This document shows, piece by piece, positions 1 through 13,625 of a stretch of 64,000 nucleotides of DNA. The position numbers were made by a program, and so were the translations under genes. Positions within the stretch are counted from its first letter, which is position 1. Each line of letters opens with the position of its first letter. This stretch comes from Pedobacter sp. (GTDB taxonomy: Bacteria; Desulfobacterota; Desulfuromonadia; Desulfuromonadales; Syntrophotaleaceae). A model generated the notes under the pieces. It did not search any database and was not told where the DNA came from. It worked only from the letters and a program-made list of their open reading frames with translations. The DNA lies in contig JBFWJC010000001.1 in the NCBI GenBank assembly GCA_050253415.1, positions 224,001-288,000 of the forward strand. The letters run 5' to 3'.

Positions 1-294
1 GATCAGGAGCGTTCCCTCGGACCGCGGGAAACCGGATCCAAGGCTGCGGCCCCCGCATGGGTCGAATTCATGCAGAAAACTCTTCAAAATCAACCGAATG
101 AGGAATTTCCGGTGCCCGATGACATAGAATTCCGCCCCATCGACCCAGCAACCGGTCTGCTGGTTCCGGAAGACAGTCCCAATGTGACCATCGAAGCATT
201 TGCCCCGGGAACCGCCCCGACCCGTTATGCCCTGGAAAACAAGGAACCTCGCGCCGTCGATTTCTTTGAAATGGATATGGAGGAGATAAACTGA
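1..294 (+). CDS. Penicillin-binding protein 1A, C-terminal part (gene runs off window start)
   Basis: Upstream frame reads ..LGPRETGSKAAAPAWVEFMQKTL..EEFPVPDDIEFRPIDPATG..EAFAPGTAPT, typical of a class A PBP C-terminus. Confidence 0.8.
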   Translation, partial: DQERSLGPRETGSKAAAPAWVEFMQKTLQNQPNEEFPVPDDIEFRPIDPATGLLVPEDSPNVTIEAFAPGTAPTRYALENKEPRAVDFFEMDMEEIN

Positions 295-300
295 TCCGCG

Positions 301-951
301 TCAGATAGCCTTATTGATGCCGATACGCGGACATAAAGCTTGTACGGGGCAACAGGAGCAAAGAGGACGCTGCGCCTTGCACAGGTTGCGGCCGTGATGG
401 ATAAGAAGATGGCTGGTCTGGGTCCAATAGGATTGTGGCAGAATACGGCACAGGTATCGTTCGATGCGTTCCGGATCCTGCTCTTTACTCCACCCCAGGC
501 GCCTGACTAGACGTTTTACATGGGTATCGACAGCCAATCCCGGAATACCAAAGGCGTTGCCCAATACGACATTTGCAGTTTTTCGCCCGACCCCTGGTAA
601 GGCAACCAGATCATCCATGGTCTGTGGAACCTTGCCATCATGACAAGCGACAACGGCCGCCGCACACCCGATAAGGTTTTTGGCTTTATTCCGAAAAAAC
701 CCGGTGCTGCGAATCAGGTTTTCAACCTGTTCAAGGCTTGCCCCAGCCATGCGGTGCGGATCTGGAAACTGCTCAAACAACCCACGCGTTACGATATTTA
801 CCTGACGATCCGTGCATTGGGCTGATAAGATGGTTGCTGCCAGAAGTTGCCACGGGGTTTGATAATCCAAGGCACAACGAGCATCAGGATATATTTTCTC
901 TAGTATATCCAATACCTTCAGTATTTCGTCCAGCTTCTTTTTACCCTTCAT
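301..951 (-). CDS. nth: Endonuclease III
   Basis: LLAATILSAQCTD, HhH motif LPGVGRKTANVVL, VDTHV, Cys-rich Fe-S tail; ATG at 951 has a GGAGG RBS. Confidence 0.95.
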   Translation of the reverse strand: MKGKKKLDEILKVLDILEKIYPDARCALDYQTPWQLLAATILSAQCTDRQVNIVTRGLFEQFPDPHRMAGASLEQVENLIRSTGFFRNKAKNLIGCAAAVVACHDGKVPQTMDDLVALPGVGRKTANVVLGNAFGIPGLAVDTHVKRLVRRLGWSKEQDPERIERYLCRILPQSYWTQTSHLLIHHGRNLCKAQRPLCSCCPVQALCPRIGINKAI

Positions 952-985
952 TTTATCTGCCCCAACCTCCTTTGTTGAAACCGGA

Positions 986-1020
986 ACGGGCCGTTCGACA
1001 ATCCATGTCGAACGGCCCGT
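986..1020. repeat. Perfect 15-bp inverted repeat, 5-nt loop
   Basis: ACGGGCCGTTCGACA-atcca-TGTCGAACGGCCCGT. Confidence 0.9.
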
Positions 1021-1071
1021 ATGTCTTGATACAAGTCCCATTTAAGCCGGTTATCAACTTCGTCAACAGAC

Positions 1072-1080
1072 TTATCCACA
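1072..1080 (+). promoter_or_regulatory. Perfect DnaA box outside oriC
   Basis: TTATCCACA in the EEP-nth intergenic region. Confidence 0.5.
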
Positions 1081-1088
1081 GCCTGGCG

Positions 1089-1823
1089 TCATCCAGGCGC
1101 TATTTCCATGCGCCTGTGTTTGACCCCCTTGACCTGTGAATAGTTACGCGGATCGGCCACCCTTACCGTCAACAGCAGCGGCAAATGGCTGGATGCGCGC
1201 CTGGCCAATATCGACCTGTATATGCGGGTATCAATGACTCTGAGCTGTCCGCCAATATAAATTCGGTCTCGACCGGAAAGAGGCAACCAGGCGGGAAACG
1301 TTCCCGACCAGAAGGGGCGTCTTGCCAAACGCAAGGAATTCGAAAATAAACGCCGGCTTAACGGCCAGAAGCTATCGCCAAAATCACCGAGCAACATGAC
1401 CGGGCACCCGGAGGAATACATCCGGATACCATCATTTTCGTCAAGTAATCGGGTAATCTGGAATCGACGATGCTTAATTTTTTCGTGCAGTCGAGCATTA
1501 AAAAGATGAAGCGACCTGCCAGCGATATTAACATCGGCACACAGGCAACTGCCTTCCTGGATTTCTATATGGCGCACTGCACGTAGCGGATAGTAAGAGA
1601 GAAAAGCATTGCCATCGGGCGTAGTCGGCCCGTAATATTTCATGGCCAGACGTTCTCCCAACCAGGCCGCCTGGTCGCCATCCAACAGGCCGCCTACCTC
1701 CTGTAGAGCCACAATATCAGGACCTGCCCGGCTTATAACCTCCAAAACGCGGCCAGGATCTATGCGACCATCCGTCCCCTGGCAACGATGTATGTTGTAG
1801 GTCATAATGCGGATGGTGTACAT
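1089..1823 (-). CDS. Endonuclease/exonuclease/phosphatase (EEP) family protein
   Basis: IMTYNIH, DIVALQEV, LLGDF, SSHLP motifs. Confidence 0.85.
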   Translation of the reverse strand: MYTIRIMTYNIHRCQGTDGRIDPGRVLEVISRAGPDIVALQEVGGLLDGDQAAWLGERLAMKYYGPTTPDGNAFLSYYPLRAVRHIEIQEGSCLCADVNIAGRSLHLFNARLHEKIKHRRFQITRLLDENDGIRMYSSGCPVMLLGDFGDSFWPLSRRLFSNSLRLARRPFWSGTFPAWLPLSGRDRIYIGGQLRVIDTRIYRSILARRASSHLPLLLTVRVADPRNYSQVKGVKHRRMEIAPG

Positions 1824-1854
1824 ACTGCCCTCAGATAACCAGGATTTTTTTTAA

Positions 1855-2856
1855 CTAGGTCAATTCCGCTTTAAGCGAACGCTGCATAAGATCGGCCACC
1901 GCATCGCGCGGCTCCTTGTTCTCAAACAGAATCAGATACATCTGCTCGATAATTGGCGTTTCCACTCCCAGACGCTGAGCAAGCTGATACGCCGAAAGGG
2001 TCGTTTTCACCCCCTCGGCGACCATCTTCATGCCGGATAAAATATCTTCCAGCTTGCGGCCGCGACCAAGTTCAAGCCCCACACTGCGGTTACGCGAGAG
2101 ATCGCCGGTACAGGTCAATACCAGATCCCCCATCCCCGATAAGCCCATAAAAGTGCGTTCCTCAGCACCCTTGGCCAAGCCTATCCGGGTCATTTCCACC
2201 AACCCCCGGGTAATCAAAGCTGCTCGGGCGTTGTAGCCAAAACCAAGTCCATCGGAAATTCCGGCAGCCAGGGCAATGACATTTTTCAAAGCCCCGCCCA
2301 GTTCGACACCGATAATATCGTTACTGCGATAAACCCGGAAATAGGTGTTACTGAAGGTTTTTTGGACCAGACGGGCAATTTCTTCATCTTCGGAGGCTAC
2401 GGTGAGCGCCGTTGGTATTTCCGCTGCCACTTCCCGTGCAAAAGTGGGTCCGGATAAAAAAGCCAAACGCTTGCAGCGCTTGCTCGGCAAAACTTCGCTC
2501 AAAACCTCGGACATGGCCATAAGGGTATCGTTTTCGATCCCTTTGGCTGCTGATACCAAAACCGTATTTTCAGCCATATACGGTTCGGCTTGTCGCACAA
2601 CCGCGCGCAATACCTGGGACGGTGCGACGAGCACCAGCATATCTTTGCCGGCGGCAACTTCACTCAATTCAGAAGTAAAGGCAAGTTTATCATCCAGGGT
2701 GAAATCAGGCAGATAAAGATCGTTTTTGCGGTGTTGGCGCATACGCTCCACCAGGTCCTGTTCGTAGGCCCAGAGGGTGACCGCATGGCCGTTTTTGGAC
2801 AAAAGGTCCGCCAGAGTGGTACCCCAACTGCCTGCTCCTATAACACCGATATTCAT
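1855..2856 (-). CDS. gpsA: NAD(P)H-dependent glycerol-3-phosphate dehydrogenase
   Basis: GAGSWG, LSGPTFA, GGALKNVIA, GDLVLTC..SRN motifs. Confidence 0.97.
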   Translation of the reverse strand: MNIGVIGAGSWGTTLADLLSKNGHAVTLWAYEQDLVERMRQHRKNDLYLPDFTLDDKLAFTSELSEVAAGKDMLVLVAPSQVLRAVVRQAEPYMAENTVLVSAAKGIENDTLMAMSEVLSEVLPSKRCKRLAFLSGPTFAREVAAEIPTALTVASEDEEIARLVQKTFSNTYFRVYRSNDIIGVELGGALKNVIALAAGISDGLGFGYNARAALITRGLVEMTRIGLAKGAEERTFMGLSGMGDLVLTCTGDLSRNRSVGLELGRGRKLEDILSGMKMVAEGVKTTLSAYQLAQRLGVETPIIEQMYLILFENKEPRDAVADLMQRSLKAELT

Positions 2857-2868
2857 ACACGCCTCCTG

Positions 2869-3747
2869 TCAGATGGCACGGTTTTTTTTCTTTATTCGTT
2901 GCATGATTTGAGCAATGCGTTGTTCCAGAACAGACTCCTTGGCATACCGTCCTTCCAGTCCTTTCAGCACCTGGAGCGCTTTGCTCAATTCTCCTCGTTC
3001 TTCATGAATTTGGGCCAGAGCAAAATAGCCCTCCAGCGCAAACGCGTTATCCGGATAATCATGACATAGCTTTTGCAACACAATCATGGCATCGCTAAAT
3101 TTTCCTTCAAGGAAAAATACGGAGCCTATACGATAAAGAGCCTCCGGAAAAAGCTTGGTATCCGGATAGTCATTGAGCAAGCTTTCAAATTCTATCCGCG
3201 TTTGCTCAAAATTATTCATGCGAAAATAGGTATCCGCAATTTCATATTGGGTTTGTTCGCTGTCGGGTGACTTGCTGTCCAGAATCTTTTGGTAGGCTAC
3301 CAGTGCCCTGCCATAATCCTGAAGACGATATTTGTATATTGCTGCACCCCTTTGACGCGCAGCCTGCCCCCAGGAAGTATCCGGGTAATCCCGCTCGACC
3401 AGCAAAAAGGAAAGTAAGGCCTCCTGTTCCTTCTGCAGATTCAAAAGTAAAATATCTCCAGCCAAAAGCAAAGCCTGGGGGGCCTTATCCGTGTTCGGAT
3501 AATGCTCATATATACTGCGCAACTGGCTTACCGCACGGCGGTAAGCCCCTTTGTCGACAAGTTTTTCAGCGCGCCTGAACAGCGTTTGAGGTGTTTGGTC
3601 CTGATGCATATGATAGACATACAGGCCGAACACCAGCAGGATCAGAAGAATCCCCGATATCACCCTCCATCGAAACTTATTCGAAGTCTTCCGGGCTCTC
3701 TTCCGTTCCTCCTTCAAGAGCTGTTTCTTCAACCTCTTCAGTTCCAT
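2869..3747 (-). CDS. Membrane-anchored TPR protein (BamD/CpoB-like repeats)
   Basis: Basic N-terminus, one TM helix, repeated YP.T..A..A TPR turns; ATG at 3747 with GAGG RBS, overlapping the end of gyrA. Confidence 0.8.
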   Translation of the reverse strand: MELKRLKKQLLKEERKRARKTSNKFRWRVISGILLILLVFGLYVYHMHQDQTPQTLFRRAEKLVDKGAYRRAVSQLRSIYEHYPNTDKAPQALLLAGDILLLNLQKEQEALLSFLLVERDYPDTSWGQAARQRGAAIYKYRLQDYGRALVAYQKILDSKSPDSEQTQYEIADTYFRMNNFEQTRIEFESLLNDYPDTKLFPEALYRIGSVFFLEGKFSDAMIVLQKLCHDYPDNAFALEGYFALAQIHEERGELSKALQVLKGLEGRYAKESVLEQRIAQIMQRIKKKNRAI

Positions 3748-6184
3748 TTTCCTCGTCTTTTTCAGCAAGTTTGGCCACGGCCACAATGCGCTCACCCGGC
3801 TCCAGAACCATCAGCCTCACACCTTGTGTATTGCGCCCGATAATGGACAGATCGGCCACCCGTGTGCGCAGTACCTTGCCGCCGTCGGTAATGAACATCA
3901 GATCGAAATCTTCATTGATGAGCTTGATATCAACAACCTGACCGTTGCGTTCGGAGGTCTTGATGGTGATGATCCCCTTGCCGCCACGACCCTGCTGACG
4001 ATACTCATCCAGATTGGTGCGCTTGCCGAAGCCTTTTTCCGTTACCGTCACCAACGTAGCGGCCGTGGTATCGGAAACAACTTCCATACCTATAACGCGA
4101 TCATCGCCTTCAAGCTGCATCCCCCGCACTCCGCGAGAGGTACGCCCCATGGCACGGGCTTCTTTTTCAGGGAAACGAATCGCCTTACCGCTTTGGCTGG
4201 CCAACAGAACATCCATGTCGCCATCCGACAGTCGCGTTGAAACCAGACGATCACCTTCATCAACAGTAAGAGCTATAATGCCGCCGACCCGGGGATTGGC
4301 ATACGCCATCAGGTCGGTCTTTTTGACAATGCCGTTCTGCGTGGCAAAGATGATATACCTATCTTCGATAAATTCTTTGACCGGGAGGATGCTGGTGACA
4401 TTTTCACCACTGCTCAATTGCAGAAGGTTGACGATTGCCTTACCGCGAGAGGCCCTTCCTCCCTGCGGAATTTCATGAACCTTAAGCCAATAGACCTTGC
4501 CTGCATCGGTAAACACGAGCACGAAAGAATGTGTCGAAGCGATGAACAATTGCTCGACAAAATCCTCTTCCTTAGGCCGCATGCCTGTCACGCCTTTACC
4601 ACCTCGACGCTGGGAGCGATATAAGGAAACTGCGTTGCGCTTGATATAACCGGAATGGGATACTGTGACCACCATATCCTCATCAACAATCAAGTCCTCA
4701 AGCGACAAATCACCTCTGCGGTCGACTATTTCGGTTCGCCGTGGATCTGCGAATTTTTCCTTAATTTCCAGCAGTTCCGTCTTGATGATGTTGAGAATTT
4801 CCACGTCACTGGCCAGAATTTCCTTGAGGCGTTGAATCTGCGCCAGAATATCCTTGTATTCGGCCATGATTTTGTCCCGCTCCATCCCTGTAAGACGGTG
4901 CAGGCGCATATCGAGTATCGCTTGGGCCTGGATATCGGATAAGGCAAAACGCTCGATGAGACGCTCTTTGGCCTCTCGCGGACTACTCGATTGTTTTATG
5001 ATGGAAATAACTTCATCGAGGTTTTCCAAGGCTATCTTGAAACCCTCGAGAATATGAGCTTTTTCCTCGGCCTTGCGCAGTTCGAAAATGCAGCGACGGG
5101 TTACAATTTCCTTGCGGTGGTCGATAAAATGTTCCAACACCTCCCGCAGGCTCAATACGCGGGGTTGACCATTAACTATGGCCAACATGATGATGCCGAA
5201 AGACGACTGCATGGCCGTCATTTTGTAAAGCTGATTGAGAATGACCTCAGGAATAACATCCTTTTTCAGCTCAATGACCACCCGCACCCCTTCGCGGTCC
5301 GACTCGTCTCGTAAATCGGAGATACCTTCGATTTTACGAGTTTTAACCAACTCGGCGATCTTCTCGATCAATCGGGCTTTATTTACCTGATAGGGCACTT
5401 CTGTGATGACAATCTTTTCCCGACTGGTTCGGCGGTCTTTCTCCACCAATGCGCGTGCGCGCATATGCACGATACCGCGTCCCGTTTCATAAGCCTGCCG
5501 AATACCGTCACGCCCAAGAATGAACCCGGCGGTGGGAAAATCCGGACCGGGAATAAGGCGGAACAGGTCTTCGTTGTCAAATGTCGGGTCGTCCATGATT
5601 GCGATCAAACCGTCGATAACCTCCCCAAGATTATGGGGGGGAATCTTGGTCGCCATACCCACAGCAATACCTTCGGACCCATTGACTAGCAGGTTGGGAA
5701 ATTTACACGGTAAAACCAGGGGTTCCTGCAAAGAGTCGTCGTAGTTGGGACCAAAATCAACGGTCTCTTTTTCCAGGTCGGCCAGCAATTCATGGGCCAG
5801 CTTATCCATGCGCACTTCGGTATAACGCATAGCCGCGGCGCTATCACCATCAAGAGAACCGAAATTACCCTGCCCGTCGACCAACGGATAGCGCATGGCA
5901 AAGTCCTGTGCCATACGAACGATAGTATCGTATACAGCAGAATCGCCATGTGGATGATACTTACCGATAACATCACCGACAACACGTGCCGACTTTTTAT
6001 AAGGCTTATTAAAGGCGTTACCCAACTCGTGCATAGCGAACAAAACACGCCGATGAACAGGCTTCAATCCATCCCGTATATCCGGTAGCGCACGGCCTAC
6101 AATAACGCTCATGGCATAGTCCATGTAGGACTTGCGCAGTTCGTCCTCTATATTAACTGTAATTTTATTTTGTTCCGATAGCAT
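3677..6184 (-). CDS. gyrA: DNA gyrase subunit A
   Basis: [18 protein letters not shown], GyrA-box QRRGGKG. Confidence 0.98.
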   Translation of the reverse strand: MLSEQNKITVNIEDELRKSYMDYAMSVIVGRALPDIRDGLKPVHRRVLFAMHELGNAFNKPYKKSARVVGDVIGKYHPHGDSAVYDTIVRMAQDFAMRYPLVDGQGNFGSLDGDSAAAMRYTEVRMDKLAHELLADLEKETVDFGPNYDDSLQEPLVLPCKFPNLLVNGSEGIAVGMATKIPPHNLGEVIDGLIAIMDDPTFDNEDLFRLIPGPDFPTAGFILGRDGIRQAYETGRGIVHMRARALVEKDRRTSREKIVITEVPYQVNKARLIEKIAELVKTRKIEGISDLRDESDREGVRVVIELKKDVIPEVILNQLYKMTAMQSSFGIIMLAIVNGQPRVLSLREVLEHFIDHRKEIVTRRCIFELRKAEEKAHILEGFKIALENLDEVISIIKQSSSPREAKERLIERFALSDIQAQAILDMRLHRLTGMERDKIMAEYKDILAQIQRLKEILASDVEILNIIKTELLEIKEKFADPRRTEIVDRRGDLSLEDLIVDEDMVVTVSHSGYIKRNAVSLYRSQRRGGKGVTGMRPKEEDFVEQLFIASTHSFVLVFTDAGKVYWLKVHEIPQGGRASRGKAIVNLLQLSSGENVTSILPVKEFIEDRYIIFATQNGIVKKTDLMAYANPRVGGIIALTVDEGDRLVSTRLSDGDMDVLLASQSGKAIRFPEKEARAMGRTSRGVRGMQLEGDDRVIGMEVVSDTTAATLVTVTEKGFGKRTNLDEYRQQGRGGKGIITIKTSERNGQVVDIKLINEDFDLMFITDGGKVLRTRVADLSIIGRNTQGVRLMVLEPGERIVAVAKLAEKDEENGTEEVEETALEGGTEESPEDFE

Positions 6185-6251
6185 GCCTTATCCTCCGCGG
6201 GAAACCCGGATTGTGTGGCTATATGAAGCATCGTTCGGCGTCAGCCATAGG

Positions 6252-9747
<3,496 letters not shown>

Positions 9748-9789
9748 GTCGGTCGCATTGCCTTTTTTTCTGGCACAATCAGCGACGTA

Positions 9790-10908
9790 CTATAGCCTCA
9801 TTGGCATGATGACCGCAAGATAGTCGTCACTGCCTGTAGGGGTAATGAGGCCTGGAGACAATTGGTCACGCAAAGCCAGGTCGATTTTTTCAGAGTCCAT
9901 CGTTGATAGAATATCTATAAGATATTTAGCGTTAAAGCCTATTGAAAGATCGTTCTCACAATATTCAACTTCAAAATCTTCTCTAGCATCGCCAAATTCA
10001 GGATTTGATGAAGATAAAGTAAGAAGATTTTCCTGAAAATCGATCTTAACACCTTTTGACTTTTCACTTGATAGAATAGCCATGCGGCGCAAAGCATGTA
10101 GAAATTCTTCGCGAGGAATGGAGGCCTTCATTTCATTATTAACTGGAATAACCCGGTTATAGTCAGGGAATTCTCCATCAACCAATCGCATTACGATTAT
10201 TGTTTGAGATTTTTTAACAACAGCATTGTTATCCATGAATCCTAGAGAAATATTACCATCACCCTCTTCAGATATTTTTCTAAGTTCAACTACGCCTTTT
10301 CGTGGAAAAATAACGCCTTTAACCAAAGGTTCAATATGCGAGCAATCCAGAAGAGTTTGCATCAGTGCTAAACGATGGCCATCAGTAGCTACAAAACGTA
10401 AAACTTTTTGAGCTTTGTCTTCCAAAGCGCGTAAGTAAATACCATTTAAATTATATTTACTTTCGTCTGTGGACATCGAAAAGGCGGTTTTTTCAACCAT
10501 TCTTTTTAGAATGTTACTAGGTATTTCAAAAAATTGTTCTTTATCTATTTGGGGAAAATAAGGAAATTCGTCGGCGGATAAACCCACGATGTTAAACAGG
10601 GATTTACCACAACGGATTTCTATCCAACAATTTTCCTTGGCATTGAAAGTAATTTCTTTTTCGGGAAGTTCTTTAATTATTTCAAATAATTTTTTGGCTG
10701 AGACGGTTATTCGTCCTGGATTTATAACCTTCGCAGGATAGGCGGATTTCATACCAACTTCAAGGTCTGTGGCAGTTAAGGAAATGTGATCGCCATCCGC
10801 CTCAATAAGCACGTTCGCCAATATGGGAATTGTATTCTTTTTTTCGACGATTCCCTGTACTCGTGCCAACCCTTTAAGAAACGCTTCTTTTTCAATAGAA
10901 AAATTCAT
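9790..10908 (-). CDS. dnaN: DNA polymerase III beta sliding clamp
   Basis: ATDLE, ATDGHRL, GFNAKYL, C-terminal MPMRL. Confidence 0.98.
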   Translation of the reverse strand: MNFSIEKEAFLKGLARVQGIVEKKNTIPILANVLIEADGDHISLTATDLEVGMKSAYPAKVINPGRITVSAKKLFEIIKELPEKEITFNAKENCWIEIRCGKSLFNIVGLSADEFPYFPQIDKEQFFEIPSNILKRMVEKTAFSMSTDESKYNLNGIYLRALEDKAQKVLRFVATDGHRLALMQTLLDCSHIEPLVKGVIFPRKGVVELRKISEEGDGNISLGFMDNNAVVKKSQTIIVMRLVDGEFPDYNRVIPVNNEMKASIPREEFLHALRRMAILSSEKSKGVKIDFQENLLTLSSSNPEFGDAREDFEVEYCENDLSIGFNAKYLIDILSTMDSEKIDLALRDQLSPGLITPTGSDDYLAVIMPMRL

Positions 10909-11156
10909 GTAGCCCCCCGTTAACAGGAAACGGTTTTTATTATGGTTTTAAAGATTTTATAGTCGTAGTAGTAGTTGCCTGTGTATTTGTGCATAGCAGT
11001 TTTTTACCTATTTATTTCAATGACTTAAGCTGTTTAAGGCTTAGTGGGTATTTGGTGCTCTCTAAAGGCTATTTTGTGTATAACCGCTCTTCGCCTTATT
11101 TATCCCCGATCTGTTGTGGTTTATACCCACACCTTATACAGCGGTTTTTTAGGGGA
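10909..11156. promoter_or_regulatory. oriC: oriC unwinding region (dnaA-dnaN intergenic): DnaA boxes, DnaA-trios, AT-rich tract
   Basis: TGTGTATAA (=TTATACACA) at 11075-11083; near-boxes at 10980-10996, 11100-11108 and 11121-11129; TAG trinucleotide repeats at 10960-10974; gene orientation flips around dnaA. Confidence 0.85.
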
Positions 11157-12515
11157 TCAGAGTGTTAAATCCTTTTTTAAGTTACTTATGATAGATCGAA
11201 GTTGGTAATCCTCGTCCATGGCTTTTTCAATTTTTTTTATGGCGTGAATAATGGTGGAATGGTCTTTGCCACCAAAACGTTCTCCTATTTCCGGATAGGA
11301 GCAGGATGTCAATTGCCTGGATAGATACATTGCGATTTGGCGCGGTAATACCAAGGCTTTAAGTCGTTTGGCCGATTTAAGGTCTGAAACTTTAAGAGAA
11401 TATTGATTGGCTACTATTTTTTGTATTTCCTCTACGGTCAGTTCACGACGTTTTTCAACGAGGATATCTTTAAGAACTTCCTGGGCCATGCTAAGGCTGA
11501 TGGGAGTGGAAGTTAAGCTGGCATATGCACCTATACGGACCAGATATCCTTCCAATTCCCTGATATTGCTGCTTACCGAGCTTGCCAGGAAAAAGGCGAC
11601 TTCCTGAGGAAGGTCTATTCCATTATGTTCCGCCTTCATTTTTAAAATAGCCTGTTTTGTCTCTAGGTCGGGGGCCTGGATATCAGCAATGAGGCCCCAT
11701 TCAAAACGAGATCGCAGTCTTTCTTCAAGCCCCGGTATTTCTTTCGGAAATTTATCTGATGTTACTACTATCTGTTTATGTGAATCATAGAGTGCGTTAA
11801 ATGTATGAAAAAACTCTTCCTGTGTTCGCTCTTTTCCGGCAATAAACTGTACATCGTCAATAAGCAACACATCCATGGATCTAAACTTGTTTCTGAATTC
11901 ATCCATTTTTGCGTATCTAAGTGAATTTATTAATTCATTCATGAATTTTTCAGAAGTGTAATAGCACACTTTCATGTCGGGATTTTTTTTAAGAATGGCA
12001 TTTCCCACCGCGTTAACGAGATGGGTTTTACCCAATCCGACACCGCCATATATAAATAACGGGTTATAAGTTGTTGCAGGGTTATTCGCCACTGCCGCTG
12101 CTGCGGCGCTGGCAAACTGATTCGAGGAGCCAAGTACAAATGTTTCAAAGGTATAACGGGAATTAAGATTATAAACATTGCCACGTTGGGGATTATTTTC
12201 ATTTTCTTTTTTTGGTTGTACTGGTGGCGTTGGTGGTGTTGGTGGCTCATCCGAGACGGGATGGGGCTTTACTATTTTATCAGCAATAGAAAGATTGATT
12301 TTGCACGATCCGCCAGCGGCGTTGGAAACGAACTCTTGGAGAAGGTCATGGTAATGTTTTTTTATCCAATCGAGAACAAATCGGTTGGGAACCGCAAGGT
12401 CAACCTTGTTGTTATCTAATTTTATAAATTGAATAGGCTTTATCCAGGTCTCGAATTGTTGAGCAGTCAAGGACTGTTTAAGGCTATCCAAAGTCTTTTT
12501 CCAAATATTATCCAT
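11157..12515 (-). CDS. dnaA: Chromosomal replication initiator DnaA
   Basis: YNPLFIYGGVGLGKTHL, LLIDDVQF, TQEEFFHTFN, GGKDHSTI. Confidence 0.99.
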   Translation of the reverse strand: MDNIWKKTLDSLKQSLTAQQFETWIKPIQFIKLDNNKVDLAVPNRFVLDWIKKHYHDLLQEFVSNAAGGSCKINLSIADKIVKPHPVSDEPPTPPTPPVQPKKENENNPQRGNVYNLNSRYTFETFVLGSSNQFASAAAAAVANNPATTYNPLFIYGGVGLGKTHLVNAVGNAILKKNPDMKVCYYTSEKFMNELINSLRYAKMDEFRNKFRSMDVLLIDDVQFIAGKERTQEEFFHTFNALYDSHKQIVVTSDKFPKEIPGLEERLRSRFEWGLIADIQAPDLETKQAILKMKAEHNGIDLPQEVAFFLASSVSSNIRELEGYLVRIGAYASLTSTPISLSMAQEVLKDILVEKRRELTVEEIQKIVANQYSLKVSDLKSAKRLKALVLPRQIAMYLSRQLTSCSYPEIGERFGGKDHSTIIHAIKKIEKAMDEDYQLRSIISNLKKDLTL

Positions 12516-12581
12516 AGACTTTTAATTTTTGAAAAGGAGAAAGTAATAAACGGCTTGCGTAGGAAGGTCTATTAAAATAAA

Positions 12582-12613
12582 TAATCCACATTGTTATGAA
12601 CAGTTGTGGATAT
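12582..12613. promoter_or_regulatory. Cluster of DnaA-box-like nonamers upstream of dnaA
   Basis: TAATCCACA 12582-12590, TTATGAACA 12594-12602, TGTGGATAT 12605-12613. Confidence 0.7.
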
Positions 12614-12851
12614 CTGACTTTTTCTTTGATTTAGACGGGTTTTGGTAAAGGTCAGGGCGCAAAACCGTCGCATTAAACTAACAGAGCCCGGGGGGGGTTG
12701 GCAAGGGGTTTTTTCTCTGTTGGCAGGCTGTGGGTATAGGTGTCTTTTTGTTTTCTTGCTTGACAAAATCCGGCCAACGTGGTTAATAATTCGATTCGCT
12801 TAAATGTTGAAAAAATATGCTTTAACCCCATAGATTCAGGAGTTTGACAAA

Positions 12852-13004
12852 ATGTCTAAACGTACGTACCAACCAAGTCGTATTCGTCGTAAGAGAACTC
12901 ATGGCTTTCGTGCCCGTATGCAAAATAAAAACGGTCAGGCAGTTCTTCGCCGGCGTCGGGCCAGAGGGCGTAAGCGCTTGGTGGTTACTATTCCCGTCAA
13001 GTAG
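12852..13004 (+). CDS. rpmH: 50S ribosomal protein L34 (absent from the ORF track)
   Basis: Own translation: [58 protein letters not shown]. Confidence 0.98.
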   Translation: MSKRTYQPSRIRRKRTHGFRARMQNKNGQAVLRRRRARGRKRLVVTIPVK

Positions 13005-13015
13005 TCTGTTTACGA

Positions 13016-13378
13016 ATGGAATATCTGGGAAAATTATTTCCTCGTACCAATAGAATCCGCTGTTCCGCTGATTATCGTTTTATACGTAACCAGGGGCGAC
13101 GGCGGCATACCCAGAATTTCATCGTGTACACACGTTTTAGTGGAAATGGCCCTGCCAGATTGGGACTGACTGTCAGTCGCAAAGTTGGCAGGGCTGTTAC
13201 GCGTAATCGGATCAAGCGTTTATTGCGTGAATTTTTCCGCTTGCATCATTCATTGATGGCCCCAGGGCGAGACATATCCATTGTTGCTAAACCGGGTGCC
13301 GCTTTTCTCAGCTATTGGCAGGTGTGTGAAGAGCTTATGTTTCTTACGCGACACCAAACCATCGAAAAACCTTCATGA
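13016..13378 (+). CDS. rnpA: Ribonuclease P protein component
   Basis: [25 protein letters not shown] motif. Confidence 0.96.
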   Translation: MEYLGKLFPRTNRIRCSADYRFIRNQGRRRHTQNFIVYTRFSGNGPARLGLTVSRKVGRAVTRNRIKRLLREFFRLHHSLMAPGRDISIVAKPGAAFLSYWQVCEELMFLTRHQTIEKPS

Positions 13379-13584
13379 TCCGGAAATTCCTGATCTTCTT
13401 GATACTTGTATATCAGCGATGTATTTCGCCTGTATTGGTACCCTCCTGTCGGTTTTACCCTACCTGTTCCGAATATGCCCGCCAATCCCTCGTTAAGTAC
13501 GGTTTATTTAAAGGATTGGTGAAAATTTGCGGTAGGCTCAGCCGCTGCCATCCCTTTCATCCCGGAGGTTATGATCCTGTTTAA
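13375..13584 (+). CDS. yidD: Membrane protein insertion efficiency factor
   Basis: [23 protein letters not shown]. Confidence 0.95.
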   Translation: MIRKFLIFLILVYQRCISPVLVPSCRFYPTCSEYARQSLVKYGLFKGLVKICGRLSRCHPFHPGGYDPV

Positions 13585-13625
13585 CGCCGGATATAATCTT
13601 TTGGGCTAGCGGAGTATCATGCCTT

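Noticed and set aside
12844..13053. 69-aa ORF in the ORF track upstream of rnpA
   Set aside because: Wrong frame; the real gene is rpmH at 12852-13004.
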